NCBI GenBank assembly: GCA_003858585.1
Contig: RQZE01000012.1
Coordinates: forward strand, 13,278-45,277
Length of the DNA: 32,000 bases
Origin: Erysipelotrichaceae bacterium OH741_COT-311
GTDB lineage: Bacteria; Bacillota_I; Bacilli_A; Erysipelotrichales; Erysipelotrichaceae
Direction: 5' to 3'
Made by a program: the position numbers and the translations under genes. The notes under the pieces were generated by a model that was not told where the DNA came from, did not search any database, and saw nothing but the letters and a program-made list of their open reading frames with translations. Positions 17,644-26,242 of this stretch are shown here, one piece after another; positions within the stretch are counted from its first letter, which is position 1; each line of letters opens with the position of its first letter.

Positions 17644-18912
17644 ATGAGAAAAGCAATTTTAGCGGGATTTAACCTATCAAAACATGATGCGGAATTTCAA
17701 CAATATATCGAAGAGTGCATTCAGTTGGCAAAGGCAAATCACATAGATGTAATAGATGTGATGATACAAAAAGGACGTAGCCTGGATCCAAAGAGTGTTT
17801 TTCGTTATGGAAAGTTAATGGAACTTGCAGATAGGGCAAGAGAATTAGACGTGGATTGTATTATTTTCTATAATGAGTTATCGATTGTGCAATTAGAGCG
17901 CATTCAACAAGAATGCCAGTGTCCGGTTATTGATCGTACCAATTTAATTTTAGATATTTTTTCTTCACGTTCTAAGACAAAGATAGCGAAGCTTCAAACA
18001 GAGATGGCACGTATTAAATATAGTTTACCAAGAATTTTAAAACAGGAGTATGGTGTTGGAAATCAACGTGGTGGTAGTGCCAATAATAGAGGTGCCGGAG
18101 AAAGTCGTTTGGAGTTAGTAAAGCGTAATATTCGTTTTCAACTTACCGATTTAAAGAAACAGATTCAAGTCTTAAAGAAACATCAAGCATTGCAGGATCA
18201 ATCTCGTAAGCATAATCCATTGAAGAAGATTGCATTAGTGGGTTATACCAATGCCGGAAAGTCGAGTTTGATGAATGCGATTTTAAAGAAAAATCAACGT
18301 TCAAAGGAAAAGATGGTGTTTCAAAAGGATATGTTGTTTGCCACATTGGATACTACAGTGCGTAACATTCAATTAGGGCATCATCAAGAGGCGTTGTTGT
18401 TTGATACGGTTGGTTTTGTTTCAAATTTACCACATTTACTGATTGAAGCGTTTCAATCGACGTTAAAGGCGGCGTGTGATGCCGATGTATTGATTCATGT
18501 TATGGATGCTAGTAATAGTCAGTTGGAATTACAAAGAGAGGTAACCATGGAGACATTAAGACAAATTCAGGCAGATCATATTCCAATAATTCATGTTTAT
18601 AACAAAATGGATTTAGTAAAAGATGCATCTTTGTTTGATGGTTTATGTATCTCTGCCATTCATCAAGAAGGGATTGATGCGTTATTGGATCAAGTGTCTA
18701 AGATCCTTTATCCCAATGAGTTTGATTTTGAGTGTTTAATTCCATATAAAGAGTTAAGTATTCTTCAGTTTTATCGTAAGGTGTGTAGAATTGTAAAGCT
18801 TGCGGAAAAGGAGGATGGCATTCAGTATCATGTTTCAGGGAGTTTTCAAGTGGTAAAGGGCTTGTATCCTTATCGTTGTAAAGAAGAGAATATACATCAA
18901 GAATATCATTAA
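17644..18912 (+). CDS. hflX: GTPase HflX
   Basis: 422 aa. HflX N-domain (...ARIKYSLPRI...GGSANNRGAGESRLELVKRNI...), G1 GYTNAGKSSLMN, G3 DTVGF, G4 NKMD. Confidence 0.9.
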   Translation: MRKAILAGFNLSKHDAEFQQYIEECIQLAKANHIDVIDVMIQKGRSLDPKSVFRYGKLMELADRARELDVDCIIFYNELSIVQLERIQQECQCPVIDRTNLILDIFSSRSKTKIAKLQTEMARIKYSLPRILKQEYGVGNQRGGSANNRGAGESRLELVKRNIRFQLTDLKKQIQVLKKHQALQDQSRKHNPLKKIALVGYTNAGKSSLMNAILKKNQRSKEKMVFQKDMLFATLDTTVRNIQLGHHQEALLFDTVGFVSNLPHLLIEAFQSTLKAACDADVLIHVMDASNSQLELQREVTMETLRQIQADHIPIIHVYNKMDLVKDASLFDGLCISAIHQEGIDALLDQVSKILYPNEFDFECLIPYKELSILQFYRKVCRIVKLAEKEDGIQYHVSGSFQVVKGLYPYRCKEENIHQEYH

Positions 18913-18924
18913 GGAGGAAGAAGA

Positions 18925-19848
18925 ATGTTATATCAAAATGTTGTAGAGACTATAGGGTTAACACCCTTAATTAAACTGAATCGTTTGAAAGAACAATTAC
19001 AGTTAAAAGGCAATGTATATGTAAAAGTAGAGGCGTTTAATCCGGGGGGGTCTGTAAAAGATCGCATTGCGTATCAAATGATTAAAGATGCCTTAGATAA
19101 GAAAGAAATCAATGAAACAACGCATTTAGTAGAGGCAACAAGTGGAAATACAGGTGTTGGTTTGGCGATGGTTGCATCGGCATTTGGATTGAAGTTAACA
19201 ATTGTTATGCCATCGACGATGTCTATTGAGCGTCAAAAGTTAATCAAGGGCTATGGGGCAGCATTAGTGCTAACCGATGGTAGTTTAGGTATGAAGGGTG
19301 CAATTGCTAAGGCGCAAGAGATTTTAAAAGAAGATCAGAACGCGAAGATGATGTTACAGTTTGAAAATCCTTCAAATCCAAAGGCACATTTATTGCATAC
19401 CGGGATTGAAATTTTAAATGATTTACCTAGTGTAGATGTTTTTGTGGCAGGAGTTGGAACCGGTGGAACCATTACTGGAGTAGGAAGTTATTTAAAGTCA
19501 AAAAAGAGTGACGTAAAGATTTATGCAGTAGAGCCTGTAGAGTCAGCGGTTTTAAGTGGAAAGCAACCTGGTCCGCATAAAATTCAAGGAATTGGTGCAG
19601 GATTTGTGCCGGAAGTTTTGAAAAAGGAGCTTATTGATGATATTATACAAGTAAGTAGTGAACAGGCGATTTCTCGTAGTAAGCAGTTAATGCAAGCAGA
19701 GGGCATTATGGCTGGGATCTCATCTGGAGCGGCTTTAGAAGCTGGAATTCAGTTGGCACTACAAGAAGAATTCAAAGACAAAGATATTGTGGTATTATTA
19801 CCTGATACAGCTGAGCGCTATTTAAGTACAGTATTATTTGGAGAGTAG
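18925..19848 (+). CDS. cysK: Cysteine synthase A (O-acetylserine sulfhydrylase)
   Basis: 307 aa. PLP-lysine motif KVEAFNPGGSVKDRIA, plus TSGNTG and GVGTGGTITG. AAGGAGG SD. It starts 12 nt after the hflX stop. Confidence 0.93.
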   Translation: MLYQNVVETIGLTPLIKLNRLKEQLQLKGNVYVKVEAFNPGGSVKDRIAYQMIKDALDKKEINETTHLVEATSGNTGVGLAMVASAFGLKLTIVMPSTMSIERQKLIKGYGAALVLTDGSLGMKGAIAKAQEILKEDQNAKMMLQFENPSNPKAHLLHTGIEILNDLPSVDVFVAGVGTGGTITGVGSYLKSKKSDVKIYAVEPVESAVLSGKQPGPHKIQGIGAGFVPEVLKKELIDDIIQVSSEQAISRSKQLMQAEGIMAGISSGAALEAGIQLALQEEFKDKDIVVLLPDTAERYLSTVLFGE

Positions 19849-19849
19849 T

Positions 19850-20512
19850 ATGAAATTAGTAAGTAAACAAGAGTTTGAAACAAAGGCATTGACTTCTTTA
19901 TCAAGTATGTATGATGCTTTAGATAACTTGGAAGTATTACAGTTAAGTTCGTTGAATGCGAATAAGACCGTTATTTTTTCGGTGGATTTAAATAATGGTT
20001 TTGCAAAAGAGGGGGCAATGTGTAGTCCGCGTATTTATGATTTAATTGAAGATACGGTAACATTATTTAAAAAGGCTCAACAAGTAGGCATTAAGATGTT
20101 TGCGTATACAGATAGTCATAGTAAGGATGCCTTAGAATTTAAATCTTATCCGGTGCATTGTTTAAAGGAAGAGGAAGAGTCAAAAGTGGTTGATGAAATT
20201 AAGCCATATTTACATCAAGTGATTGGAAAAGAGTCAACCAATGGATTTCATGCCAAGAATCCATTAGAGTTGGTCAATTCCGAAGTAGATACGTTTATTG
20301 TAACGGGAGATTGTACGGATATTTGTATCTACCAGTTTGCCTTAACATTGGTAACATATTTAAATCAAATCAAACGACAAGCAAGAGTCATTGTACCTTT
20401 AAATGTTGTGGATACCTTTGATGCTGTTGGGCATGATAGTGATTTATACAATGTGGTGTTTGTGCATAGTATGATTAATAACGGAGTTGTAGTTGTAAAA
20501 GAAATCGTATAA
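19850..20512 (+). CDS. Isochorismatase-family (cysteine hydrolase / nicotinamidase-like) protein
   Basis: VIFSVDLNNGF... (Asp of the catalytic triad) and TFIVTGDCTDICIYQFAL (nucleophile Cys). GGAGAG is 4 nt before ATG 19850. The track start 19838 is TTG inside cysK. There is a 1-nt gap to cysK. Confidence 0.75.
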   Translation: MKLVSKQEFETKALTSLSSMYDALDNLEVLQLSSLNANKTVIFSVDLNNGFAKEGAMCSPRIYDLIEDTVTLFKKAQQVGIKMFAYTDSHSKDALEFKSYPVHCLKEEEESKVVDEIKPYLHQVIGKESTNGFHAKNPLELVNSEVDTFIVTGDCTDICIYQFALTLVTYLNQIKRQARVIVPLNVVDTFDAVGHDSDLYNVVFVHSMINNGVVVVKEIV

Positions 20513-20541
20513 AAGATAAGTTAGTGCGCTTATCTTTTTTT
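20511..20541 (+). terminator. Rho-independent terminator of the hflX-cysK operon
   Basis: 10-bp stem aaaagataag / cttatctttt with an 8-nt loop, then TTT. Confidence 0.8.
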
Positions 20542-20725
20542 GTGCAAGTTATTCATGCTATTTAAAAGAGATATTTTTAGAAAACGTTCAAAAATTGAAT
20601 AATAGTTACAACAAGCAAACAGAGAAGAATACCAGTAAAGAAGTAAAATTTAAACTTATAAAATTAAATTGAAATATGATATAATTTCACAAATATAGAA
20701 TGGAATAAATAGGAGGAAATGAATA

Positions 20726-20914
20726 ATGTTTGGCAAGAAAGAGAAAAGATTTAAGAAAAAATCAGTGGAAGGGCTTGGATTTGGAGAAATTCAAATTGTT
20801 GTAGATACAGTAACAGGTGTGAATTATTTAGTAGTGATGACAGGAGCAGCACCTTGTGGAATTACACCGTTACTAGATGAATACGGGAATGTAGTTGTTG
20901 ATAAATTAGATTAA
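20726..20914 (+). CDS. Small conserved hypothetical protein (62 aa)
   Basis: AGGAGG is 9 nt upstream and TGaTATAAT extended -10 lies about 45 nt upstream. MFGKKEKRFKKK...VDTVTGVNYLVVMTGAAPCGITPLLDEYGNVVV resembles a small clostridial DUF family (I recall DUF6440). This is unverified. Confidence 0.6.
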   Translation: MFGKKEKRFKKKSVEGLGFGEIQIVVDTVTGVNYLVVMTGAAPCGITPLLDEYGNVVVDKLD

Positions 20915-21059
20915 CAAATTAGAATTTGACGAGATGATTAATCTAACGGAGAATTAGAAGGAGTAGAATTAACTCAAAAAAATATGGAGGCATAGTATGT
21001 GTGGAATCTCTACCGATTTATAAAATAATAAATTTACAGAATATAGATTGGAGGCAATT

Positions 21060-21530
21060 ATGGATTATGTAATTAGAGAATTAAAGCAGAATGAAATCAA
21101 TTTATTGGATACTTTTCTATATGAGGCTATTTTTATTCCTGAAGGAGTACAAGCTCCGTCCAAAGATATTATAGAACATCCCGATTTACAAATATATGTT
21201 GCAGATTTTGGGAAGAAAGATGATGTATGTTATGTTGCGGATTTTGATGGGAAGGTAGTAGGAGCTGTATGGACGCGTATCATCAATGATTATGGTCATG
21301 TTGATGACACAACACCTTCTCTTTCTATTTCACTTTTCAAGGAATATAGAAATTTGGGAATTGGAACAGAACTTATGAAGCAAATTCTTTTGACCTTGAA
21401 AGAGAGAAAATATAAGCAAGTTTCATTATCGGTTCAAAAGACAAACTATGCAGTGAGTATGTATAAAAAAGTAGGTTTTGAAGTTGTTCGTGAAAATGAA
21501 GATGACTATGTCATGATTTGTAAGCTTTAG
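21060..21530 (+). CDS. GNAT-family N-acetyltransferase
   Basis: Acetyl-CoA motif A is FKEYRNLGIGTELMKQ, followed by ...NYAVSMYKKVGFEVV. GGAGG (21049-21053) is 6 nt before ATG 21060. The track start 21048 is TTG. Confidence 0.85.
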   Translation: MDYVIRELKQNEINLLDTFLYEAIFIPEGVQAPSKDIIEHPDLQIYVADFGKKDDVCYVADFDGKVVGAVWTRIINDYGHVDDTTPSLSISLFKEYRNLGIGTELMKQILLTLKERKYKQVSLSVQKTNYAVSMYKKVGFEVVRENEDDYVMICKL

Positions 21531-21574
21531 TTTCCGGCAAATTCCAGTATGTTTAATTGAGTATAACAATTTGA

Positions 21575-21606
21575 AACAGCAAACCAAAAAGTTTGTTGTT
21601 TTTTTA
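21575..21606 (+). terminator. Rho-independent terminator after the GNAT gene
   Basis: Stem aacagcaaac / gtttgttgtt (one G-U pair), loop caaaaa, then TTTTTAT. Confidence 0.7.
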
Positions 21607-21668
21607 TTGTCATTACATTCAATCAAGTACAAAATATAGTGTTTTTAAGATATATTATCCTTTGCATC

Positions 21669-21697
21669 TTGCGAGGAAAAACAGATAGGCATATAAT
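21669..21697 (+). promoter_or_regulatory. Sigma-A promoter of the ABC exporter pair
   Basis: TTGCGA (21669-21674), 17 nt, TATAAT (21692-21697). Confidence 0.6.
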
Positions 21698-21780
21698 AAA
21701 AATAGTACACCGATGATTCGGTATATTTTTTAAAAATTAAGTTAGATAACACTAACTTATGATAGGAAAGGAGTTAAAGT

Positions 21781-23550
21781 ATGCAACAAAAGAAACAAGA
21801 TTCTGTGTTAAAGCGTTTGCTTCCATATAGTGGAAAGAAAGCTTATATGCTTCAAGTGGCAATGGTTTTATCTGCATTATCAGGTATTTGTATGTTGATG
21901 CCTATGGTGTTTATTCATCGAATTGTCAAAGAAATTATTTTACATGGAGTAACGGATACGTCCTTTATTTATCAAAATGCGATGTTCGCATTTGGGTTTG
22001 CAATTGGTGGTTTTGTGATATATATGGGGGCTTTGATTGTATCTCATATATTTGCCTTTGAGGTAGAGCATAACATCGTGAAGCTAAGTATGAAGAAAAT
22101 GATGGAGATGCCACTTGGTTTTTTCTCAAATCGTGAAAGTGGAAAGTTGCGTAAAATCATTATTGATGGAGCAGGTCAAACCCATACCTTTTTGGCTCAT
22201 CAATTACCGGATTTTGCCTCTACGATGATTTCACCGTTGGTATTAATGGTATTTTTTGTTATGTTTGATTGGCGTATTGGGATTGTTGGTTTAATACCGG
22301 TTATGTTAGGAATGGTTTTTATGGCAACCATGATGGGTAAAAAAGGGATTGCTTTGCGTAATCAATATTTTGATTCGATGGCACAGCTTTCCTCACAATC
22401 CGTAGAGTATGTCAGAGGAATTCCTGTTGTAAAAACATTTGCCCAAAGTTTAGAGTCGTTTGAACAGTTTCATGGTTTAATTCAAAAAGTACAAGCCATG
22501 GTCTTAAAGTTAACTTTACAATGGAAAAATAAGATGTCTTTATTTGAGGCACTTGCCCCTTCTTCTTCGTTTTTCATTGTTCCGGTAGCGATGCTTATGA
22601 TTAGTAAGGGTGGTAATATTCAGCAGGTAATCGCAAACTCGATTATTTATATTTTAATTGTGCCAACCTTTACCATTTTTATCATGCGTAGTGCACAGAT
22701 TCGTCAATATATGTATTTTGCAGAATTGGCTTTAAATAAGATTGATGAAGAATTAAGTTATCCAATCTTAATGTATGGAAATCAAGTTGAAGCAGATGCT
22801 AGTGTTACTTTTAAACAGGTTTCATTTTCTTATAATCAAGAAAAGGTTCTAGAAGATGTTTCTTTTACGATTCAAAAAGGAGAAACAGTGGCGATTGTAG
22901 GACCATCAGGTGGAGGGAAAACAACGATTGCTCGTTTGGCTTGTCGTTTCTATGATGTCGATGAGGGTGAAGTGTGTATTGGTGATGTAAATATTAAAGC
23001 GTTTTCTAAGGAAGCTTTAATGAAGAAGATTGCTTTTGTGTTTCAAAATTCACGTTTATTTAAAATGAGTTTAAAAGAGAATTTATTATTAGGAAATCCG
23101 CATGCCAGTGAACAGGAGATCACGCAGGCTTTAATTGATTCCGGATCTATGGAGATTGTGGAACGTTTAAAAGATGGATTAGATACCGTATATGGTAGTA
23201 AGGGAACGTATTTTTCAGGTGGAGAAGTGCAGCGTTTATCCATTGCACGTGCATTGTTGAAGAATGCGGATATTATTATTTTAGATGAAGCAACCGCATT
23301 TGCAGATCCGGAAAATGAAAAAGTAATTCAAGCTTCATTTAAAAAATTAGCGAAAGATAAAACAACGTTAATGATTGCCCATCGTTTATCTACGATTGTA
23401 GAAGCAGATAAGATTTTGGTGGTGGATGCAGGTCGTATTGTAGAGTGTGGAAGTCATGAAGAGTTGTTGGCATTCAATGGTGTATATAAAGAGCTTTGGA
23501 AGGAATATCAAAAGGCGGCTACATGGAGTGTGGGAGGTCAATATGCATAA
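21781..23550 (+). CDS. ABC exporter, fused permease/ATPase, heterodimer subunit 1
   Basis: 589 aa. Six-TM exporter domain, Walker A GPSGGGKTT, atypical signature FSGGEVQRLSIARAL, Walker B IIILDEATAFAD, H-loop IAHRLST. AAAGGAG SD. Confidence 0.9.
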   Translation: MQQKKQDSVLKRLLPYSGKKAYMLQVAMVLSALSGICMLMPMVFIHRIVKEIILHGVTDTSFIYQNAMFAFGFAIGGFVIYMGALIVSHIFAFEVEHNIVKLSMKKMMEMPLGFFSNRESGKLRKIIIDGAGQTHTFLAHQLPDFASTMISPLVLMVFFVMFDWRIGIVGLIPVMLGMVFMATMMGKKGIALRNQYFDSMAQLSSQSVEYVRGIPVVKTFAQSLESFEQFHGLIQKVQAMVLKLTLQWKNKMSLFEALAPSSSFFIVPVAMLMISKGGNIQQVIANSIIYILIVPTFTIFIMRSAQIRQYMYFAELALNKIDEELSYPILMYGNQVEADASVTFKQVSFSYNQEKVLEDVSFTIQKGETVAIVGPSGGGKTTIARLACRFYDVDEGEVCIGDVNIKAFSKEALMKKIAFVFQNSRLFKMSLKENLLLGNPHASEQEITQALIDSGSMEIVERLKDGLDTVYGSKGTYFSGGEVQRLSIARALLKNADIIILDEATAFADPENEKVIQASFKKLAKDKTTLMIAHRLSTIVEADKILVVDAGRIVECGSHEELLAFNGVYKELWKEYQKAATWSVGGQYA

Positions 23551-25261
23551 GTATTTTAAAGAGAAATATGGCATGTCGGAAATAGGTGCTAAGCATTTAA
23601 CGAAGTCTATTTTTTCGCATACCATTGTAAACTTAACTAAGATTTTTCCTGCTGTAATTGGATTTTTATTTATCTCACAATCGTTAGGGCAAGCCTTTGG
23701 TTTATCGAAGTATCCAAATCTTCCGATGATGTATTATTTTGTCATGATTGTTGTGATGTTTGTGGTGATGTTTCTTGTAGCTAGATGGGATTATGTTAAT
23801 TTATATGAAAATGTCTATAATGAAAGTGCGCGTACAAGGGTAGATGTTGCGAATCGATTAAAGAAGTTACCTTTGTCTTATTTTGCAAAGCGTGATTTAT
23901 CGGATTTATCCGCAACCATTATGTCGGATATTGAGTTATATGAAACGATTTTTTCACATTCCATACCACAACTTTATGCTACTACGATCTCTACGAGTAT
24001 GATTGCGATAATGTTGTTTGTGCATAATTGGAAGATGGCAATTGCAATTTTAGGTGTCATTCCGGTTGCGTTTTTATTGTATGTTACTTCAAGAAAGAAA
24101 CAAAAAAAGATTTTTAAAGAAGCAATGGGATCTGTTCGTGAGGTGTATGATGATGTACAAGAAAAGATTGATCAGATTCAAGAGATTAAGTCTTATAATT
24201 TAGAAGATGTGTTTGTGAGTGAATTTAATGATAAAGTGAATCATTTATCTAAGATTAAAATTAAAACAGAGTTTTCAACTTCGTTAGGGATTGGTATTTC
24301 AACTATTATCTTGAAGTTTGGCATTGTATTAACTGCTATCTATGGGGCGCATTTATTACTGCAAGGGGAAATAGATGTCATTATGTATATTGCATATTTA
24401 ATGATTACGGCAAGTGTGTATGCGCCAATTGAAGGGTTATTGGGTATGTTGACGATGATTATGATGATGGAAGAGGTTGTTAAGCGTATTAAAGAGATAA
24501 AAACAATGCCAATTCAAGAAGGAAAAACAGAGGTTGCGATTGATAATTATGACATTGAGTTCAAAGATGTTGTTTTTGGCTACCAAGAGTATTCTGTGAT
24601 TAATGGAGTTAGTTTTACAGCTAAGCAGGGTGAAATTACCGCCTTAATTGGTCCTTCCGGTAGTGGTAAAACAACATTAACAAAACTTGCTGCTCGTTTT
24701 TGGGATGTGCAACAAGGACAGATTTTGATAGGGAATCAGGATATTAGTACTATTGATCCGGAAACACTATTAAAGTCATTTTCGATTGTGTTTCAAGATG
24801 TCATCTTGTTTAATTCAAGCATTAAAGAGAATATTCGTGTTGGTAAAAAGGGAGCAAGTGACAAGGAGGTCTTACAAGCAGCTCGTATTGCTCGTTGTGA
24901 TGAGTTTTTTGATAAGTTACCAATGGGTATTGATACGATGATTGGTGAAAATGGTCAACGTTTATCGGGTGGACAACGCCAACGTATTTCCATTGCTAGA
25001 GCCATCTTAAAAGATGCACCGATTATTCTTTTAGATGAAGCAACTGCTTCTTTGGATGTGGAAAATGAAAGTTTAATTCAAGAAGCTTTGTCGGAGTTAA
25101 TTAAAGATAAAACGGTTATTGTCATTGCTCATCGTATGAGAACCATTCAAGGTGCTCATAAGATTGTGGTATTAAAGGATGGTAAAGTAGAAGCGATTGG
25201 TACAAATGAAGAGTTAAAAGAGACTTCTGCATTATATCGAAAGATGTTAAATCAAGCATAA
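23543..25261 (+). CDS. ABC exporter, fused permease/ATPase, heterodimer subunit 2
   Basis: GGGAGG is 5 nt before ATG 23543 (MHKYFKEKYG...), overlapping the upstream stop (ATGCATAA). The track start 23447 runs inside subunit 1. Walker A GPSGSGKTT, signature LSGGQRQRISIARA, Walker B ILLDEATASLD. Confidence 0.9.
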   Translation: MHKYFKEKYGMSEIGAKHLTKSIFSHTIVNLTKIFPAVIGFLFISQSLGQAFGLSKYPNLPMMYYFVMIVVMFVVMFLVARWDYVNLYENVYNESARTRVDVANRLKKLPLSYFAKRDLSDLSATIMSDIELYETIFSHSIPQLYATTISTSMIAIMLFVHNWKMAIAILGVIPVAFLLYVTSRKKQKKIFKEAMGSVREVYDDVQEKIDQIQEIKSYNLEDVFVSEFNDKVNHLSKIKIKTEFSTSLGIGISTIILKFGIVLTAIYGAHLLLQGEIDVIMYIAYLMITASVYAPIEGLLGMLTMIMMMEEVVKRIKEIKTMPIQEGKTEVAIDNYDIEFKDVVFGYQEYSVINGVSFTAKQGEITALIGPSGSGKTTLTKLAARFWDVQQGQILIGNQDISTIDPETLLKSFSIVFQDVILFNSSIKENIRVGKKGASDKEVLQAARIARCDEFFDKLPMGIDTMIGENGQRLSGGQRQRISIARAILKDAPIILLDEATASLDVENESLIQEALSELIKDKTVIVIAHRMRTIQGAHKIVVLKDGKVEAIGTNEELKETSALYRKMLNQA

Positions 25262-25284
25262 AAGACTCAATAAAGAGTCTTTTG
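25260..25284 (+). terminator. Terminator of the ABC exporter operon
   Basis: 9-bp stem aaaagactc / gagtctttt, loop aataaa. The U-tract lies partly within the stem. Confidence 0.6.
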
Positions 25285-25319
25285 TGTGATAGGAAGTAAT
25301 TTTAAAAATCATATATTTA

Positions 25320-25344
25320 AAAAGTGAGGGAAATCCTCACTTTT
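25320..25344 (-). terminator. Terminator of the FNT gene
   Basis: Stem aaaagtgagg-gaaat-cctcactttt overlapping the stop codon. On the minus strand it is followed by TTTAAATAT. Confidence 0.6.
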
Positions 25345-26104
25345 ATTTATGATGATAACTATAGAAATAAAATCCAGCTACAAAGATAGCGCCACCTACC
25401 ACATTACCTAAAAAGACGGGAATGAAGTTTTGGATAAAGGCAAGCCATGTAGATCCTTGTTCAAAAATAGCTGCAGTAATCACAAAGATATTTGCAACAC
25501 TGTGTTGAAAGCCGATGGCTACAAAAGTCATTACCGGAAACCAAATGGCTAAGATTTTACCAGCTCCATCTTTGGCACCATAACAGAGCCATAATGCAAT
25601 GCCTACAAACCAGTTACAGCCAATACCTGATAGAAAAGCTTGTAAAAAGGTTGCGTTTGTTTTAGCGGTTGCTACAAGTATCGTTTCTTCCAGGTAACTA
25701 CCACTTGCAGTTAAACCGACAAGGTGTCCGAAAAAGTAAGCGACAAACAGGGCTCCTAAGAAGTTTGCAAAGGTAATAACCGCAAGGTTTTTAACATAAT
25801 CCATCATGCTGATTTTTTTGCCAAAAACGGCACTTGCTACTGCCATCATATTCCCTGTGGCAAGTTCTCCTCCAGCTAGTAAGATGACAATTAAACCAAC
25901 GGGAAATACACATGCGCCAATAAAACTGGCAAATGATCCCCACTCATGTGCGATCGAAGCAATCACTCGTATATAAGCAAGATAGCCAAGGGAAATCATT
26001 GCTCCTCCTATAAAGCCTAGAATTAATTTGCTATGGAATGGTTTTAATACTTTTTGATGTCCGATTTCAATGGTTTTATTCATGATTTCTTGTGGACTTA
26101 ACAT
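25343..26104 (-). CDS. Formate/nitrite transporter (FNT) family channel
   Basis: Motifs AGGELATGN and FQHSVANIF with six TM helices. AAGGAGG (26116-26110) is 5 nt before ATG 26104. The track start 26122 lies upstream of the SD. Confidence 0.88.
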   Translation of the reverse strand: MLSPQEIMNKTIEIGHQKVLKPFHSKLILGFIGGAMISLGYLAYIRVIASIAHEWGSFASFIGACVFPVGLIVILLAGGELATGNMMAVASAVFGKKISMMDYVKNLAVITFANFLGALFVAYFFGHLVGLTASGSYLEETILVATAKTNATFLQAFLSGIGCNWFVGIALWLCYGAKDGAGKILAIWFPVMTFVAIGFQHSVANIFVITAAIFEQGSTWLAFIQNFIPVFLGNVVGGAIFVAGFYFYSYHHK

Positions 26105-26242
26105 AGAATCCTCCTTAAACATACCTATTCATTATACTAAACTTTATGGAAATTGGATGATTAATTTTTTATAAATAGAATTTGGATAAATACTGTTTAT
26201 CTCTTAGATTAATAATGATAGAATATACTAGAGGTGATTGTA

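Noticed and set aside
20726-21530. The small 62-aa protein plus the GNAT gene as a GNAT-toxin/antitoxin (TacT/AtaT-like) pair
   Set aside because: The genes are 145 nt apart and each has its own SD, and apparently its own promoter, rather than being overlapped or coupled. The small protein shows no RHH/DUF1778-like features. The GNAT looks like an ordinary small-molecule acetyltransferase.
23447-23542. N-terminal extension of the second ABC subunit (track start 23447), and similar track extensions at 2176, 3888, 8027, 15808, 16841, 19838, 21048, 26122, 26234 and 29895
   Set aside because: In each case a GGAG-type SD sits inside the extension, 4-9 nt before an internal ATG that gives a canonical protein N-terminus. 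Several extended starts are TTG or GTG codons overlapping the upstream gene.
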